Part shown: positions 1 to 11,508 of the stretch, piece after piece
Position numbering within the stretch: position 1 is the stretch's first letter
Layout of the letters: each line of letters begins with the position of its first letter
Source of the DNA: Eledone cirrhosa
Lineage: Eukaryota
Direction of reading: 5' to 3'
Assembly: GCA_964016885.1 (NCBI GenBank)
Contig: OZ024743.1
Span: forward strand, 267,468,001-267,532,000
Length of the DNA: 64,000 nt
Made by a program: the position numbers and the translations under genes
The notes under the pieces: model-generated
The model's input: only the letters and a program-made list of their open reading frames with translations
Told to the model about the DNA's origin: nothing
The model's database searches: none

Positions 1-454
1 CGTGTTCCCTTTACGGGTCCTTATACATCAAACAAAAGGGACGCCGTATCGTGGATCGTTTCACTGAGCATTTGAAGGACATACGACTCGGGATGGATAC
101 TCCCGTCGCTCGTCATTTCCGTTCTCCTTGTCGCTCTTCCCGACATGTCTCAGCCCTTGGTGTCCTTTTACATTACGGATCACATCCACTTTTCTAAAAA
201 AATATATCTTACACAAAACGCCAGCATCAACAATTTTCCATGAGATGTCAACATGAATGGACCTGTTTTTATCTAAAGACATTTATTTCCAATTACACGC
301 CACCGGTCCCTTCAATCTATTTTATTTCTCATTTTTTTTCTGATGAAGGACTAGCCTCCGAAACGTTAAGACCCTCTTCCTTCTATTTCAAGCGTTAACC
401 AACTCTATTCCTTCCGTATACTGTACTGATTGTGTTGTTATTTCTGTTTACCTT
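1..454 (+). mobile_element. Degenerate 3' end of a Penelope-like element (GIY-YIG remnant plus pLTR with minimal hammerhead at ~335-372)
   Basis: Frame from ~18 reads SLYIKQKGRRIVDRFTEHLKDIRLGMDTPVARHF, a decayed YIG-T-R...RF-EH GIY-YIG segment. It is followed by CTGATGA(340)-aGGA-CTAGCC-TCC-GAAA(360)-CGTTA and ends at (TA)n. Confidence 0.75.
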
Positions 455-467
455 ATATATATATATA

Positions 468-1170
468 TATCACGATAAATTAACGGAGCCATAGACTCTC
501 GCCATTCCCTGTAAATAATGTGCTCAAAGGAGAGGAAACCCTGAGCTCTTTAAAATACAATATGTTGAAAAGGTAACACACTAGAGAGAGATACAGTGCG
601 CTATCAATAAAACAGGAAAAAACACCAGTGTATGGAATCTATAACCTATGAAAGGCAGACTATAGACACGATAATTAAAAATATAAATTAAAATGGCGAG
701 AGTCTATGGCTCCGTTAATTTATCGTGATATTTCGCTCCTTATAACAGTTTTTCCTCTCTCTCTGTTTGGTTGAGCACACTTCTCTGGGTGGTTTTGGGC
801 TGCCCTTTCTCGTCCCTCAGAGGTTCACTGCCCTTAAACACGCTGTGACTTCTCTCTCGCACATGTAGCTGGACAGTCACTTTAAAAATTCTCTTAGTGT
901 TGTCTGAAATGTATAGCCTTACACACGCTGAAGAATCAGAGTTATTCAATTTCTGTTAACAACTTACTAGCGAAACAGATCTCTTTGGATTTGTACGTGT
1001 GTTATATAGTTATAGAGGTATGTATTTACGCTTTACTTTATATTTTTAATTATCGTGTCTATAGTCAGCCTTTCATAGGTTATAGATTCCATACACTGGT
1101 GGTTTTTCCCGATTTTATTGATAGCGGACTGTATCACTCTCTACTGTGTTACCTTTTCAACATATTGTAT
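468..1170. mobile_element. Non-coding hammerhead-bearing element with inverted left arm (retrozyme/pLTR-like), flanked by (TA)n
   Basis: 469-506 is the reverse complement of 692-730, and ~560-690 is the reverse complement of ~1035-1170. HHR at 921-1002. Confidence 0.75.
921..1002 (+). ncRNA. Type I hammerhead ribozyme motif
   Basis: Stem I ACACACG/CGTGTGT; CTGAAGA at 928; GAAA at 972; stem III CAGATC/GATTTG; GUA cleavage triplet. Stem II is long and irregular. Confidence 0.7.
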
Positions 1171-1536
1171 ATATATATATATATTATGGACATTTATGTA
1201 GTAATACTATTGAGATGAATTATTAAAATACCAATCCAATATCTAGTATTAATACAGGAGTACGCTTAGTAAAACATTTAATAAATTATTATCCTCTATG
1301 GACATAGCTAATGCTAAAAAAGTATGGCTAAATCATATTCACTAAATCATTTGCGATTTTACAATCTCGATTAATATTTACGGGTAAGACAGATACATGC
1401 AATAAATTACGTTTAACAAAGTATTATTACACAATATGTTCAAGCTAATTTGTATGCGTTAGTTTGTTACTAAATACATTTATAGATATATTTAAAATGT
1501 ACAGAACTAAGGTTACAAATTTACATACATGTTGTA

Positions 1537-1666
1537 AAATTTGCGATCGTTTCTATACAAGTGACGATTGTAGATGTATATGTAGACAGCACGTAAATCA
1601 AAAACAATTAATTAACAATTATTATACAAAACACAATACATAAACACCTGCATCTCATCAGGAATT
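1537..1666 (-). ncRNA. Degenerate hammerhead motif
   Basis: Minus strand reads CTGATGA-gATGCAGGTG...CACTTGTATa-GAAA-CGATCG-CA. The triplet is mutated and stem I is weak. Same layout as the HHR at 54213-54366. Confidence 0.45.
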
Positions 1667-1699
1667 ATCAATACATATTATTATACATACTTATATTTA

Positions 1700-2045
1700 G
1701 GTATCAGCCGTACTAAAAGTGAGGAATGAAATTTCGTTTCATTCTTTTCCATTTATCGTTTTCGGTGCGCCCGGCCGACTAACTCACACGATATGCAAAT
1801 TAGACTGCTCAGCCGTTAATATGCATAGGGAAAGTATATACTTTCAAACGTTCAATCATCTGACAGAAAGGCTTACGCTGCTGACGATAGATAATAAGCT
1901 TGAAACTAGTACATCGTTCCAGTGTAAGTGTTGAACAAAAGGGCGACGATGGTTGCCGAGCACTGTACGGTGTAATTCGGGCTGTTTGTTTACAAACAAA
2001 GCGAACATTATAATAAATGTTCGGTAAACCGATACGTACACATAT
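1700..2045 (+). mobile_element. Retrozyme-like family A copy (octamer-TATA-hammerhead)
   Basis: Homologous to 26262-26620 and 7413-7488. ATGCAAAT 1793, TATATA 1835, HHR 1875-1917. Confidence 0.75.
1875..1917 (+). ncRNA. Minimal type I hammerhead (family A)
   Basis: ACGCTG-CTGACGA-TAGAT AATA AGCTT-GAAA-CTAG-TA-CATCGT, with palindromic helix III (ACTAGT). Confidence 0.75.
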
Positions 2046-2889
2046 ATATATATATATTTGTGTATGTATATATATATATATACATACTACTGTACGTCTG
2101 TAAACATATATGTATCTGCGGCTTCAGAGTTAAGAGTATGCGGCTTGGTACGTATGTAGGGTATGTGTACTTTGTGTTTTGATTGACGTACGTCTGCAAA
2201 CATACGTGTTTTACATGTAGGTGTGTGTGTGCGCGCGTTATATACGTATTTATTTATTCAAATACGTTCTTTTAATTATATGTACACACCCGCACACATA
2301 CATATATATATATATTTATTTTATATACATTTTATGGGTATTTGGTGTATACATTCGTTTGTGTGGAAGTACAGGCGTTGCGTGGGTTTTGTATGGGCGT
2401 GCGGGGTTTTTTTTGTGTACGTGCTTGTATTTGTATACCAATGGCGAGTGTTTTCGCCTATGCTTGTGTATGTACATATATGTATATATTTAATTTTGAT
2501 TACCTCAGTATTTTATTTAGTTTATTCTTAACTCTGAAGCCGAGAATCATTCGGTTTCCTAGATTGAATTTTAGTCTACGACTTCAGTTATACCTTTTTC
2601 GTGGTTTTGTCTTTGCGTGTAATTGTTCTCTCGATCCACATAATGACGTATTATCTACGCTTCATTGCCAGAGAACCACATTATAGAATATTAGTCTACG
2701 ACTTCATTTATACCATAAACGTGGTTTTGTCTTTGCGTGTAATTGTTTTCACCGCTCAAAATAATTACGTATTATGTTCATTTTTTTCCGTTCTTTGCAA
2801 GGGAACGTTTCCACGAACCAAAGTATCGTTTTCCTGTCTTCCTTCGGTTGCAACATTTTTGGAAATATTCACTTCTGTATTCACAGATT

Positions 2890-3042
2890 GATTTTTTTAG
2901 TTTCAGAAGGGTGAAATCAGCGATTCTTTGCTTAAACTTTAATCTGTTATTTTAATAAATATTTGCTCTACGGTTCTTATATATTTGATATATATTTATC
3001 CTTATCGAGCCCTCTTTGGATTTCAGTCTTCAAATTTATTAT

Positions 3043-3045
<3 letters not shown>
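2890..3045 (+). repeat. Family C (TA)n-associated repeat with variant hammerhead; stem II deleted in this copy
   Basis: Matches 37780-37995, 21560-21640(-), 26205-26245 and 26953-26990(-). Confidence 0.65.
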
Positions 3046-3111
<66 letters not shown>

Positions 3112-3116
<5 letters not shown>

Positions 3117-4697
3117 CGTTTCTCAATTGGTTTAGCAAGATTCGTTATCTGAAAACGTGTGTTGAAACCGATATTGTTATGCTTTGGCAGGGTCATGTTG
3201 CCAATAAGAAACACACGCACCAGTAATTTTCACTCGAATTTATTATTTCAATCCAATTTATTATAAATTAAATTTATAAATTTATAAATTTCCGGTTGGT
3301 TGGTTGGTTCCAAGCAAACACCACAACCACACCCAACCATCGATTACCTGTACTAGACACAGAGCTCTGGTTAGAAACCATTAATAACAAAAAACAAATC
3401 TTCCATTCCCATTATGCCAAACCCATGACTTCCAAATATCTGATCCACCGAAACTCAGCTGTTTCGGAACACACCAAAATCAACATACTGATTGCGGATT
3501 TGATACGGGTGATGAGAAACGTGTCCCGCATGTGCAACCCCAAAGAACTAGAGAGACACATCCAACACTTCATCCACCGTATGCAGTTCTCTGGTTACAA
3601 TCAAAGAGATAAAATCAGAGTATATAGAGGAGCCAGAACCAAATAGGAAAAATGGTAAATAATGATACAAATGGCACCTGCCCCTTGTATAGGAGCAACT
3701 TTTGAAATAGAATAGAAAGAACTAGGAATAAGGTTAATAGAATAAACTTATGGTATGAGAGCAATAAATACCAGAGTGTAAAACCCCTAGAGAGGAATTA
3801 GCTTACAAATTTAGGAGGGTCCTAGATAAACATGAACTTAATATTAAGATAGAAGAAAGACAAGGTACCTCCATAAAAACATTTATTAGCCATACATACC
3901 CTTTTCAAAGACCTCCCTGTATAGATAAGAAATGCATAATCTGTAAACTAAGCCCCCATATCAACTGAAAAACTAGAAATTTAGGATATAGCAAAAGATG
4001 TACTGGAGGACAATGTAAAGATAAGAATATACTGTACATAGGTGAGACAGCTCGTAGTATAGGAGAACGGGTAAATGAACACTGGCGAGAACTTCAAGAT
4101 AAAAAAGAATCATCAATACTCCACCAACATGCTAAAATAGAACACAATGGCAAATTAGAGAACATAGAAATAAAAATAGAATCTACACACAGAAAAGACG
4201 CAATGTTTAGACAAATCACAGACGCAATAAACATAAATGAACTCCAAGCAAAATTAAATAGAAAGCATGAATGGAATAGCAACATCACAACTTACAATTA
4301 AGGACAAAATGAAAACACACACGCACATAGAACAAACAACCAACCAGTAACATGTAAATAAACAAATAAATAAACAAATATAAACACACACAAACACTCG
4401 GATGTAACACATACGCAAACTAAGTACGCAACACCCACAAAAACAAGATGGCGTAGGACACAACAAAGGAGAGGCACAAACAAAAATAAAATAATCCCCA
4501 GTCACTGAAGAGGTCACATAATGTGTGACGAAAGAATTTTGACAATATATGAACAACCGTCCGGTTATGGAACCAACAAACCAACCGGAAATTTATAAAT
4601 TCTTAAATTTATAAATTTAATTTATAATAAATTGGAGTGGAAATAGTGGTGCGTGTGTTTCTTATTGGCAACATGACCCTCCCAAAGCATAACGATA
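3112..4697 (+). mobile_element. 5'-truncated Penelope-like element, copy 1 (RT thumb/GIY-YIG pseudogene plus pLTR), with inverted pLTR piece at 3112-3310
   Basis: LPVLDTELW...HSHYAKPMTS and YIGETAR remnants with stops. pLTR HHR at 4501-4543. The left piece is the reverse complement of the pLTR 3' end. Confidence 0.9.
4501..4543 (+). ncRNA. pLTR minimal hammerhead
   Basis: GTCA-CTGAAGA-gGTCACA-TAATG-TGTGAC-GAAA-GAATTT-TGAC. Confidence 0.65.
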
Positions 4698-4699
4698 TA

Positions 4700-6532
4700 T
4701 TACCTCAATGGCCAAGAAAACCCACACAGATAGATGGAACGGGTGGACCAGAGCCATACGGACACCCGAAAACCACGATGAACTGAAGAAAATGATTGCA
4801 CATGCGGTAGAGGCCAGCATAAAACTAACCCTTAAGGAACATATCTTCAAATTTAATGGAAAAACATATGCCCAAGAGGAAGGAGCAGCAATTGGTGTTA
4901 GCATTGCAGGCGACATAGCTAACTTATTCATGGTATGGTGGGACAGTAGACTTAAACTTAAACTTAAAGAACAATTAGAAGACCCCTTAACCCTGATAAT
5001 GTACTCCCGCTACGTTGACAATATAAACATCGTAGTTAAGACACCCCCACTAGGGAACAGTCAGGAACTAGAGAAAAACACAATGGAAAGCAACCAGCAA
5101 ATAGCTAACTCCATCGACGAGAGTATTAGAGTTACTATAGACTACCCAAGTAAACACTCAACCATCGATTACCTGTACTAGACACAGAGCTCTGGTTAGA
5201 TAGCATTAATAACAAAAAACATTCCTCCATTCCCATTATGCCAAACCCATGACTTCTAAACATCTGATCCACCGAAACTCAGCTGTTTCGGACCATACCA
5301 AAAGCAACATACTGATTGCGGATTTGGTACGGGTGATGAGAAACGTGTCCCGCATGTGCAACCCCGAAGAACTAGAGAGACACATACAACACTTCATCCA
5401 CCGTATGCAGTTCTCTAGTTACAATCAGAGAGATAGAATCAGAGTGTATACAGGAGCCAGAACCAAATGGGAAAAAATGGTAAATAATGACACAAATGGG
5501 ACCTGCCCTTTGATTAGGAGCAACTTTTGGAATAGAATAGAAAGAACTAGTAATAAGGCTAATAGAATAAACTCATGGTATGATAGCAATAAATACCAGA
5601 GTGTAATGTTCGTCGATACAACACCTAGAGGTGAATTAGCTTACAAATTTAGAAGGGCCCTAGATAAACATAAACTCAATATTAATATAGTAGAAAGACC
5701 AGGTACCTCCGTAAAAAACACTTATTAGCAAGACATACCCTTTCCAAAGACCCCCCTGTATAGATAAGAAATGTATAACCTGTAAAATAAGCCCCCATAT
5801 TAACTGTAAAACTAGAAATGTAGTGTATAGCATAAGATGTACTGAAGGACAATGTAGAGACAAAAATATAGTGTACATAGGTGAGACAGCTCGTAGTATA
5901 GGAGAACAGTTAAATGAAGACTGGCGAGAACTTCAAGATAAAAAAGAATCATCAATAGTCCAGCAACATGCTAAAATAGAACATAAGGGCAAATTAGAGA
6001 ACATAGAAATAAAAATAGAATCTACACACTGAAAAGACGCAATGTTTAGACAAATCACAAAGGCAATAAACATAAATGCACTCCAACCAAAATTACATAG
6101 AAAACATGAATGGAATAGCAACATCACAACTTACATTTAAGGTCAAAATGAAAACACATACACTCATAGAACAAACAACCAACCAGTAACATGTAAATAA
6201 ACAAATAAATAAACAAATATAAACACACACAGACACCCGGATGTGGTGCATGCGCAGACTGAGCACACAACACACACACATAAACAAAATGGCGTAGGAC
6301 AGAACAAAGGAGAGGCACAAAAAAACAAAGAAAAGAATCCCCAGTCACTGAAGAGGTCACAGAATGTGTGACGAAAGAACTTTGACAATATATAAACAAC
6401 TATCTGGTTGTGGAACCAACCAACCAACCAGAAATTTATATATTCCTAAATTTATAAATTTATTATGATAAATTGAAGTGAAAGCACCTGGTGCGTGTGT
6501 TTCTTATTGGCAACATGACCCTCCCAAAGTAT

Positions 6533-6540
<8 letters not shown>
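4700..6540 (+). mobile_element. 5'-truncated Penelope-like element, copy 2 (RT + GIY-YIG, frameshifted)
   Basis: ORFs 4708-5181 (GAAIG...YSRYVDNI RT motifs), 5249-5728 and 5823-6032 (VYIGETARS). pLTR ends in (TA)n. Confidence 0.92.
6343..6386 (+). ncRNA. pLTR minimal hammerhead
   Basis: GTCA-CTGAAGA-gGTCACA...TGTGAC-GAAA-GAACTT-TGAC. Confidence 0.65.
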
Positions 6541-6601
<61 letters not shown>

Positions 6602-6610
6602 TATATATAT

Positions 6611-6720
6611 ATTTCGTTTCTGAATTTGTTTAGCAAGATTCCTTATCTGAAAACGTGTGTTGAAACTGATATTGTTATTCTTTGGGAGGGTCATGTTGGC
6701 AATAAGAAACACACGCAACA
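6611..6720 (-). repeat. Inverted pLTR terminal fragment of the same PLE family
   Basis: Nearly identical to 3112-3222. Its right part is the reverse complement of 6488-6540. Confidence 0.8.
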
Positions 6721-7283
6721 GTTATATATATACACACCCTACAACTTCAGGAGGAAATGCCAGCTGTTCCTCATGGAGCTGTACTACGTCATAAGAAAAC
6801 CCCACGAGCTCATAAACAGCTGAGCGGCATCAGTCATAAATTGTACACTCCGAGTGCAGGCGTTGTATTTTGCCTGGGAAGCGACCGCGACATGAAAACT
6901 ATGAACTGGGTCCCCCTGCCCTAGCCATAACACCCCGGTGGGCAGGCGGTATAAACAAACATATGTGAACCAAATGTACATCGCAGACCAGGCGCGAACA
7001 AGCATTAGTGAAGCAACTACCACTATATAATAAATGTACATCTCAGACCCGACTTGAACTGGCACTAGTGAAACAACGCCCATAATATAAAAATACAAAA
7101 CACCATCTTATGAACAGGTATAAAAAACAGATGGGACTAGATTGTTTGAACACCGACCAGAGTTACTCCCCCTGCTCTGCGATAATAACAACACATGCAC
7201 GGAGGATAAGAATGAACTATGATGTTAATTTAACCGTGAAAACCCTCCTTAGTCGAGTATTGATCATTTTTTTTGTTTTCCAT

Positions 7284-7322
7284 GCCCATGATATTCCCAT
7301 TCCGGGCGAAACGTACGTAGGC
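7284..7322 (+). ncRNA. Degenerate hammerhead motif
   Basis: GCC-(CATGATA, mutated core)-tCCC attcc GGGc-GAAA-CGTACG-TA-GGC. Confidence 0.4.
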
Positions 7323-7423
7323 GAAATTGTTATATAAACAAGTTCTAACGGCTTTAAACTCCTTGTATTTATTTCTCTTATATATATACATATATATATA
7401 GATACATACATACAGGAAGGTAT

Positions 7424-7466
7424 ACGTTGCTGACGATAGCTAATAAGCTTGAAACTAGTACAGCGT
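7424..7466 (+). ncRNA. Minimal hammerhead (family A fragment fused to PLE copy 3)
   Basis: ACGTTG-CTGACGA-TAGCT AATA AGCTT-GAAA-CTAG-TA-CAGCGT. Confidence 0.8.
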
Positions 7467-8324
7467 TCCTTTGTCAGTGTTGAAAAAATTGCAATACTGA
7501 TTGCGGATTTGGTACGGGTGATGAGAAATGTGTCCCGCATGTGCAACCCCGAAGAACTAGAGAGACACATACAACACTTCATCCACCGTATGCAGTTCTC
7601 TGGCTACAATCAGAGAGATAGAATCAGAGTGTATAAAGGAGCCAGAACCAAATGGGAAAAAATGGTAAATAATGACATAAATGGGACCTGCCCCTTGTAT
7701 AGGAGCAAATTTTGGAATAGAATAGAAAGAACTAAGAACAAGGCCAATAGAATAAACTCATGGTATGATAGCAATAAATACCAGAGTGTTATGTTCATCA
7801 ATACAACCCCTAGAGGCGAACTAGCCTACAAATTTAGAAGGGCCCTAAAGAAACATAATCTCAATATTAAGATAGTAGAAAGACCTGGTACCTCCGTAAA
7901 AACACTTATTAGCAAGACATACCCGTTCCAAAGACCCTCATGTATAGATAAGAAATGTATAACCTGTAAAATAAGCCCCCATATTAACTGTAAAACTAGA
8001 AATGTAGTATATAGCATAAGATGTACTGAAGGACAATGTAGAAACAAAAATATAGTGTACATAGGTGAGACAGCTCGTAGTATAGGGGAACGAATAAATG
8101 AACACTGGCGAGACCTCCAAGATAATAAAGAATCATCTGTGCTCTACCAACATGCTAAGATAGAACACAGGGGTAAATTAGAGAGCATAGAAATAAAAAT
8201 AGAATCCACACACAAGAAAGACGCAATGTTTAGGCAAATTACAGAGGCAGTAAGCATAAAAGAATTAAAACCAAAATTAAATAGAAAATATGAGTGGAAC
8301 AGCAACATCACAACTTACAATTAA
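7449..8324 (+). CDS. PLE RT thumb/GIY-YIG endonuclease C-terminal fragment (first ~15 codons derive from the fused family A sequence)
   Basis: 291-aa ORF with VVY...YIGET...R...EH...E...LN GIY-YIG signature. Confidence 0.8.
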   Translation: MKLVQRSFVSVEKIAILIADLVRVMRNVSRMCNPEELERHIQHFIHRMQFSGYNQRDRIRVYKGARTKWEKMVNNDINGTCPLYRSKFWNRIERTKNKANRINSWYDSNKYQSVMFINTTPRGELAYKFRRALKKHNLNIKIVERPGTSVKTLISKTYPFQRPSCIDKKCITCKISPHINCKTRNVVYSIRCTEGQCRNKNIVYIGETARSIGERINEHWRDLQDNKESSVLYQHAKIEHRGKLESIEIKIESTHKKDAMFRQITEAVSIKELKPKLNRKYEWNSNITTYN

Positions 8325-8756
8325 GGACAAAATGAAAACACACACAAGACAAAATGAAAACACACACACACATAGAACAAACAACCAACCAACAATAAAT
8401 AAATAAATAAACAAACAAATAGAAAAATATAAATAGAAAAATAGAAAAATGAACACAAACACACACAGACACCCGGATGTGGCGCATGCGCAAACTGAGC
8501 ACGCAACCCACACACAAACAAAATGGCGTAGGATAGAAGAAAGGAAAGGCACAGAAACGAAGAAAGAAATCCCCAGTCACTGAAGAGGTCACAGAGTGTG
8601 TGACGAAAGAACTATGACTATATATATATAAACAACTATCTGGTTGTGGAACCAACCAACCAACCAACCAGAAATGTATAAATATATAATAAATTAAATT
8701 GAAGTGAACAACTGGTGCGTGTGTTTCTTATTGGCAACATGACCCTCCCAAAGTAT

Positions 8757-8762
<6 letters not shown>
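7490..8762 (+). mobile_element. 5'-truncated Penelope-like element, copy 3
   Basis: Open C-terminal ORF, Cys-rich linker (CIDKKCITC...CKT), GIY-YIG (VVYSIRC...YIGETAR), pLTR with HHR, ends in (TA)n. Confidence 0.93.
8575..8619 (+). ncRNA. pLTR minimal hammerhead
   Basis: AGTCA-CTGAAGA-gGTCACA...TGTGAC-GAAA-GAAC-TA-TGACT, CUA triplet. Confidence 0.7.
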
Positions 8763-8837
<75 letters not shown>

Positions 8838-9060
8838 GAGAGAGAGAATGAATGAGATGGATAGATAGATAGACAGATGGGTCCATTAACGTGGGTGCAA
8901 ACGGACATCTTAATAGACATGGAAACCATCATGGAATTATGGAAATAATCTTAACATAAGGAGTAGAATAAGTTGCGAAAGATAAGTTCATGTGACATAG
9001 ACGCATATAAGTTTGAGGAAAATAGTAAAGTCATATCTAGTAATACAGACACATTCACAC

Positions 9061-9091
9061 ACATATATATATACATGTGCATATATGTGTA

Positions 9092-9187
<96 letters not shown>

Positions 9188-9261
9188 CACTTCTATTCTT
9201 TTAAATATATATATATATATATGCAGGAGAATATATATACGCGTATGCATGTGTGTATTTG

Positions 9262-9299
<38 letters not shown>

Positions 9300-9841
9300 A
9301 ATATATACATACATATATACCCATACATTGTTATATATATATGCATATATATATACATACATTTGTATATATATATATAGATATATATACATATATATAT
9401 TTATATATAATGTATATACACAAACACGCAGACGCGCGCACATTTACACACTCATATGTGCATATAGATATATATATAGGGATATAGATATGAAATATAT
9501 ATGCATGCATATATATGCATATAGAAATTATATATATAATCTGATGTAAGGATATAAGTATCTAGAATAAAATAACATTCGTTGATATATGGCTTAGTTG
9601 GCATACGATCTCCAAACGTTATTTAATTTCGATAGCATTGTCGGACAAGAGAGACGAATGGCTACAATGAACAATGCTATCTAATTGAAAAGGTTGAATC
9701 GTTGCTGCAATGTATTTAACGGTGTCGCTGCCAACAGAAATATATGTTTAATACACCTTATACAATAGTATCGCTCTACCTATGACACTTATGCAGGAGG
9801 ATCTTTATACGCGTGTATTTTTGATCTATATATATATATAC

Positions 9842-9914
<73 letters not shown>

Positions 9915-9932
9915 CATATATGTATATATATT

Positions 9933-9964
<32 letters not shown>

Positions 9965-10022
9965 CACGTATATATATATATATATATATATACACGTATA
10001 TATATATATATATATATACTCG

Positions 10023-10053
<31 letters not shown>

Positions 10054-10060
10054 ATGTCTG
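9061..10060. repeat. Compound (TA)n/(CA)n microsatellite fields
   Basis: Direct reading. Confidence 0.9.
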
Positions 10061-10530
10061 TGTGTCTTTTGCCAAACGTTTTCAACACTATACGTTAGAG
10101 GAAATTTGATGGATTAATTGATGATTTGTTGTTCAAATGGATATGAAAATCTTTTTTCTTCTCTTTTTTCTAGCCTGACATTGGTCAACCCATGAGAAGA
10201 AGGTGATTTTTAAATCATTAACTATTGGATATCTACGTTTCACACTTTTTTTTTTCTTCTGTCTTATAACCTCCTTATAAAACCAACCTAAACTTGATGA
10301 ATATATTCTCTTTCGTCTGATTAACTTGCCGTAACTTTAGTTAGGTAATTTATTTTTATTAATTTTTATATCTCTTTATAAGTCAAAGTACACTTAAAAT
10401 GTTTAAAAAGAGTGACTTTCACTTACAATACGATGTAATAATGTAAAGAAACTTTCATAATGACATTTATGTATCAGGAATTAAGAGAGGTGTACATATA
10501 TATAATACACATATAGATGTATATAAAGAC

Positions 10531-10598
<68 letters not shown>

Positions 10599-10781
10599 GT
10601 GTGTGTGTGTGTGTATGTGTGTGTGTGTGTTTGTGCGTTTTTGTGTGTCCATGTATATTTATGTATTTATTTTATAGATAATGATTAAATTTATTGAATT
10701 TACTAGAGATATGCATCGGTATGTTACATACATATTTTATTTCCCAGGTGTACTGAGATGAATGTATATGTGATTCAAATA

Positions 10782-10819
<38 letters not shown>

Positions 10820-10963
10820 AGGGCGTGGTGGTATGTATAATATATATAGGCCTATATACACCAGGAAATCTCGTACTTAAACTACCATATACATGGACAT
10901 TTATTCATAGTTGACTGAATTAACAGAAAAACCACAATCCCCCCCCCCCCCCACACACACACA

Positions 10964-11002
<39 letters not shown>

Positions 11003-11134
11003 TCGCATACATGCGAACATTCGTACATAGAGGCGCAGAAAAAGCATCTACATATATATCTATAATTATGGCATTTAGTGAACAAAAATATAATACGCCT
11101 CAATGAAAATTGATGAATTATAAATATGTATACA

Positions 11135-11296
<162 letters not shown>

Positions 11297-11508
11297 TCAT
11301 GCTTGCATGAATAATACTGTGCGTGTTCATTTCATTTCATTTGAGTTTGAGTCCATGCTCAGGCTAAGTCGAAGACTCTACCCTCAGAGTCTGGTGTGGT
11401 TGCCAGGTTGGATTCTCTGTTTAATTTTGACATGTGTAGGAGCGAGTTTGAGTCAGTTTGTGCTCGTTGTGTATATCCTGGGAGATGGGGTTCATCTCTA
11501 ATGGTGCT

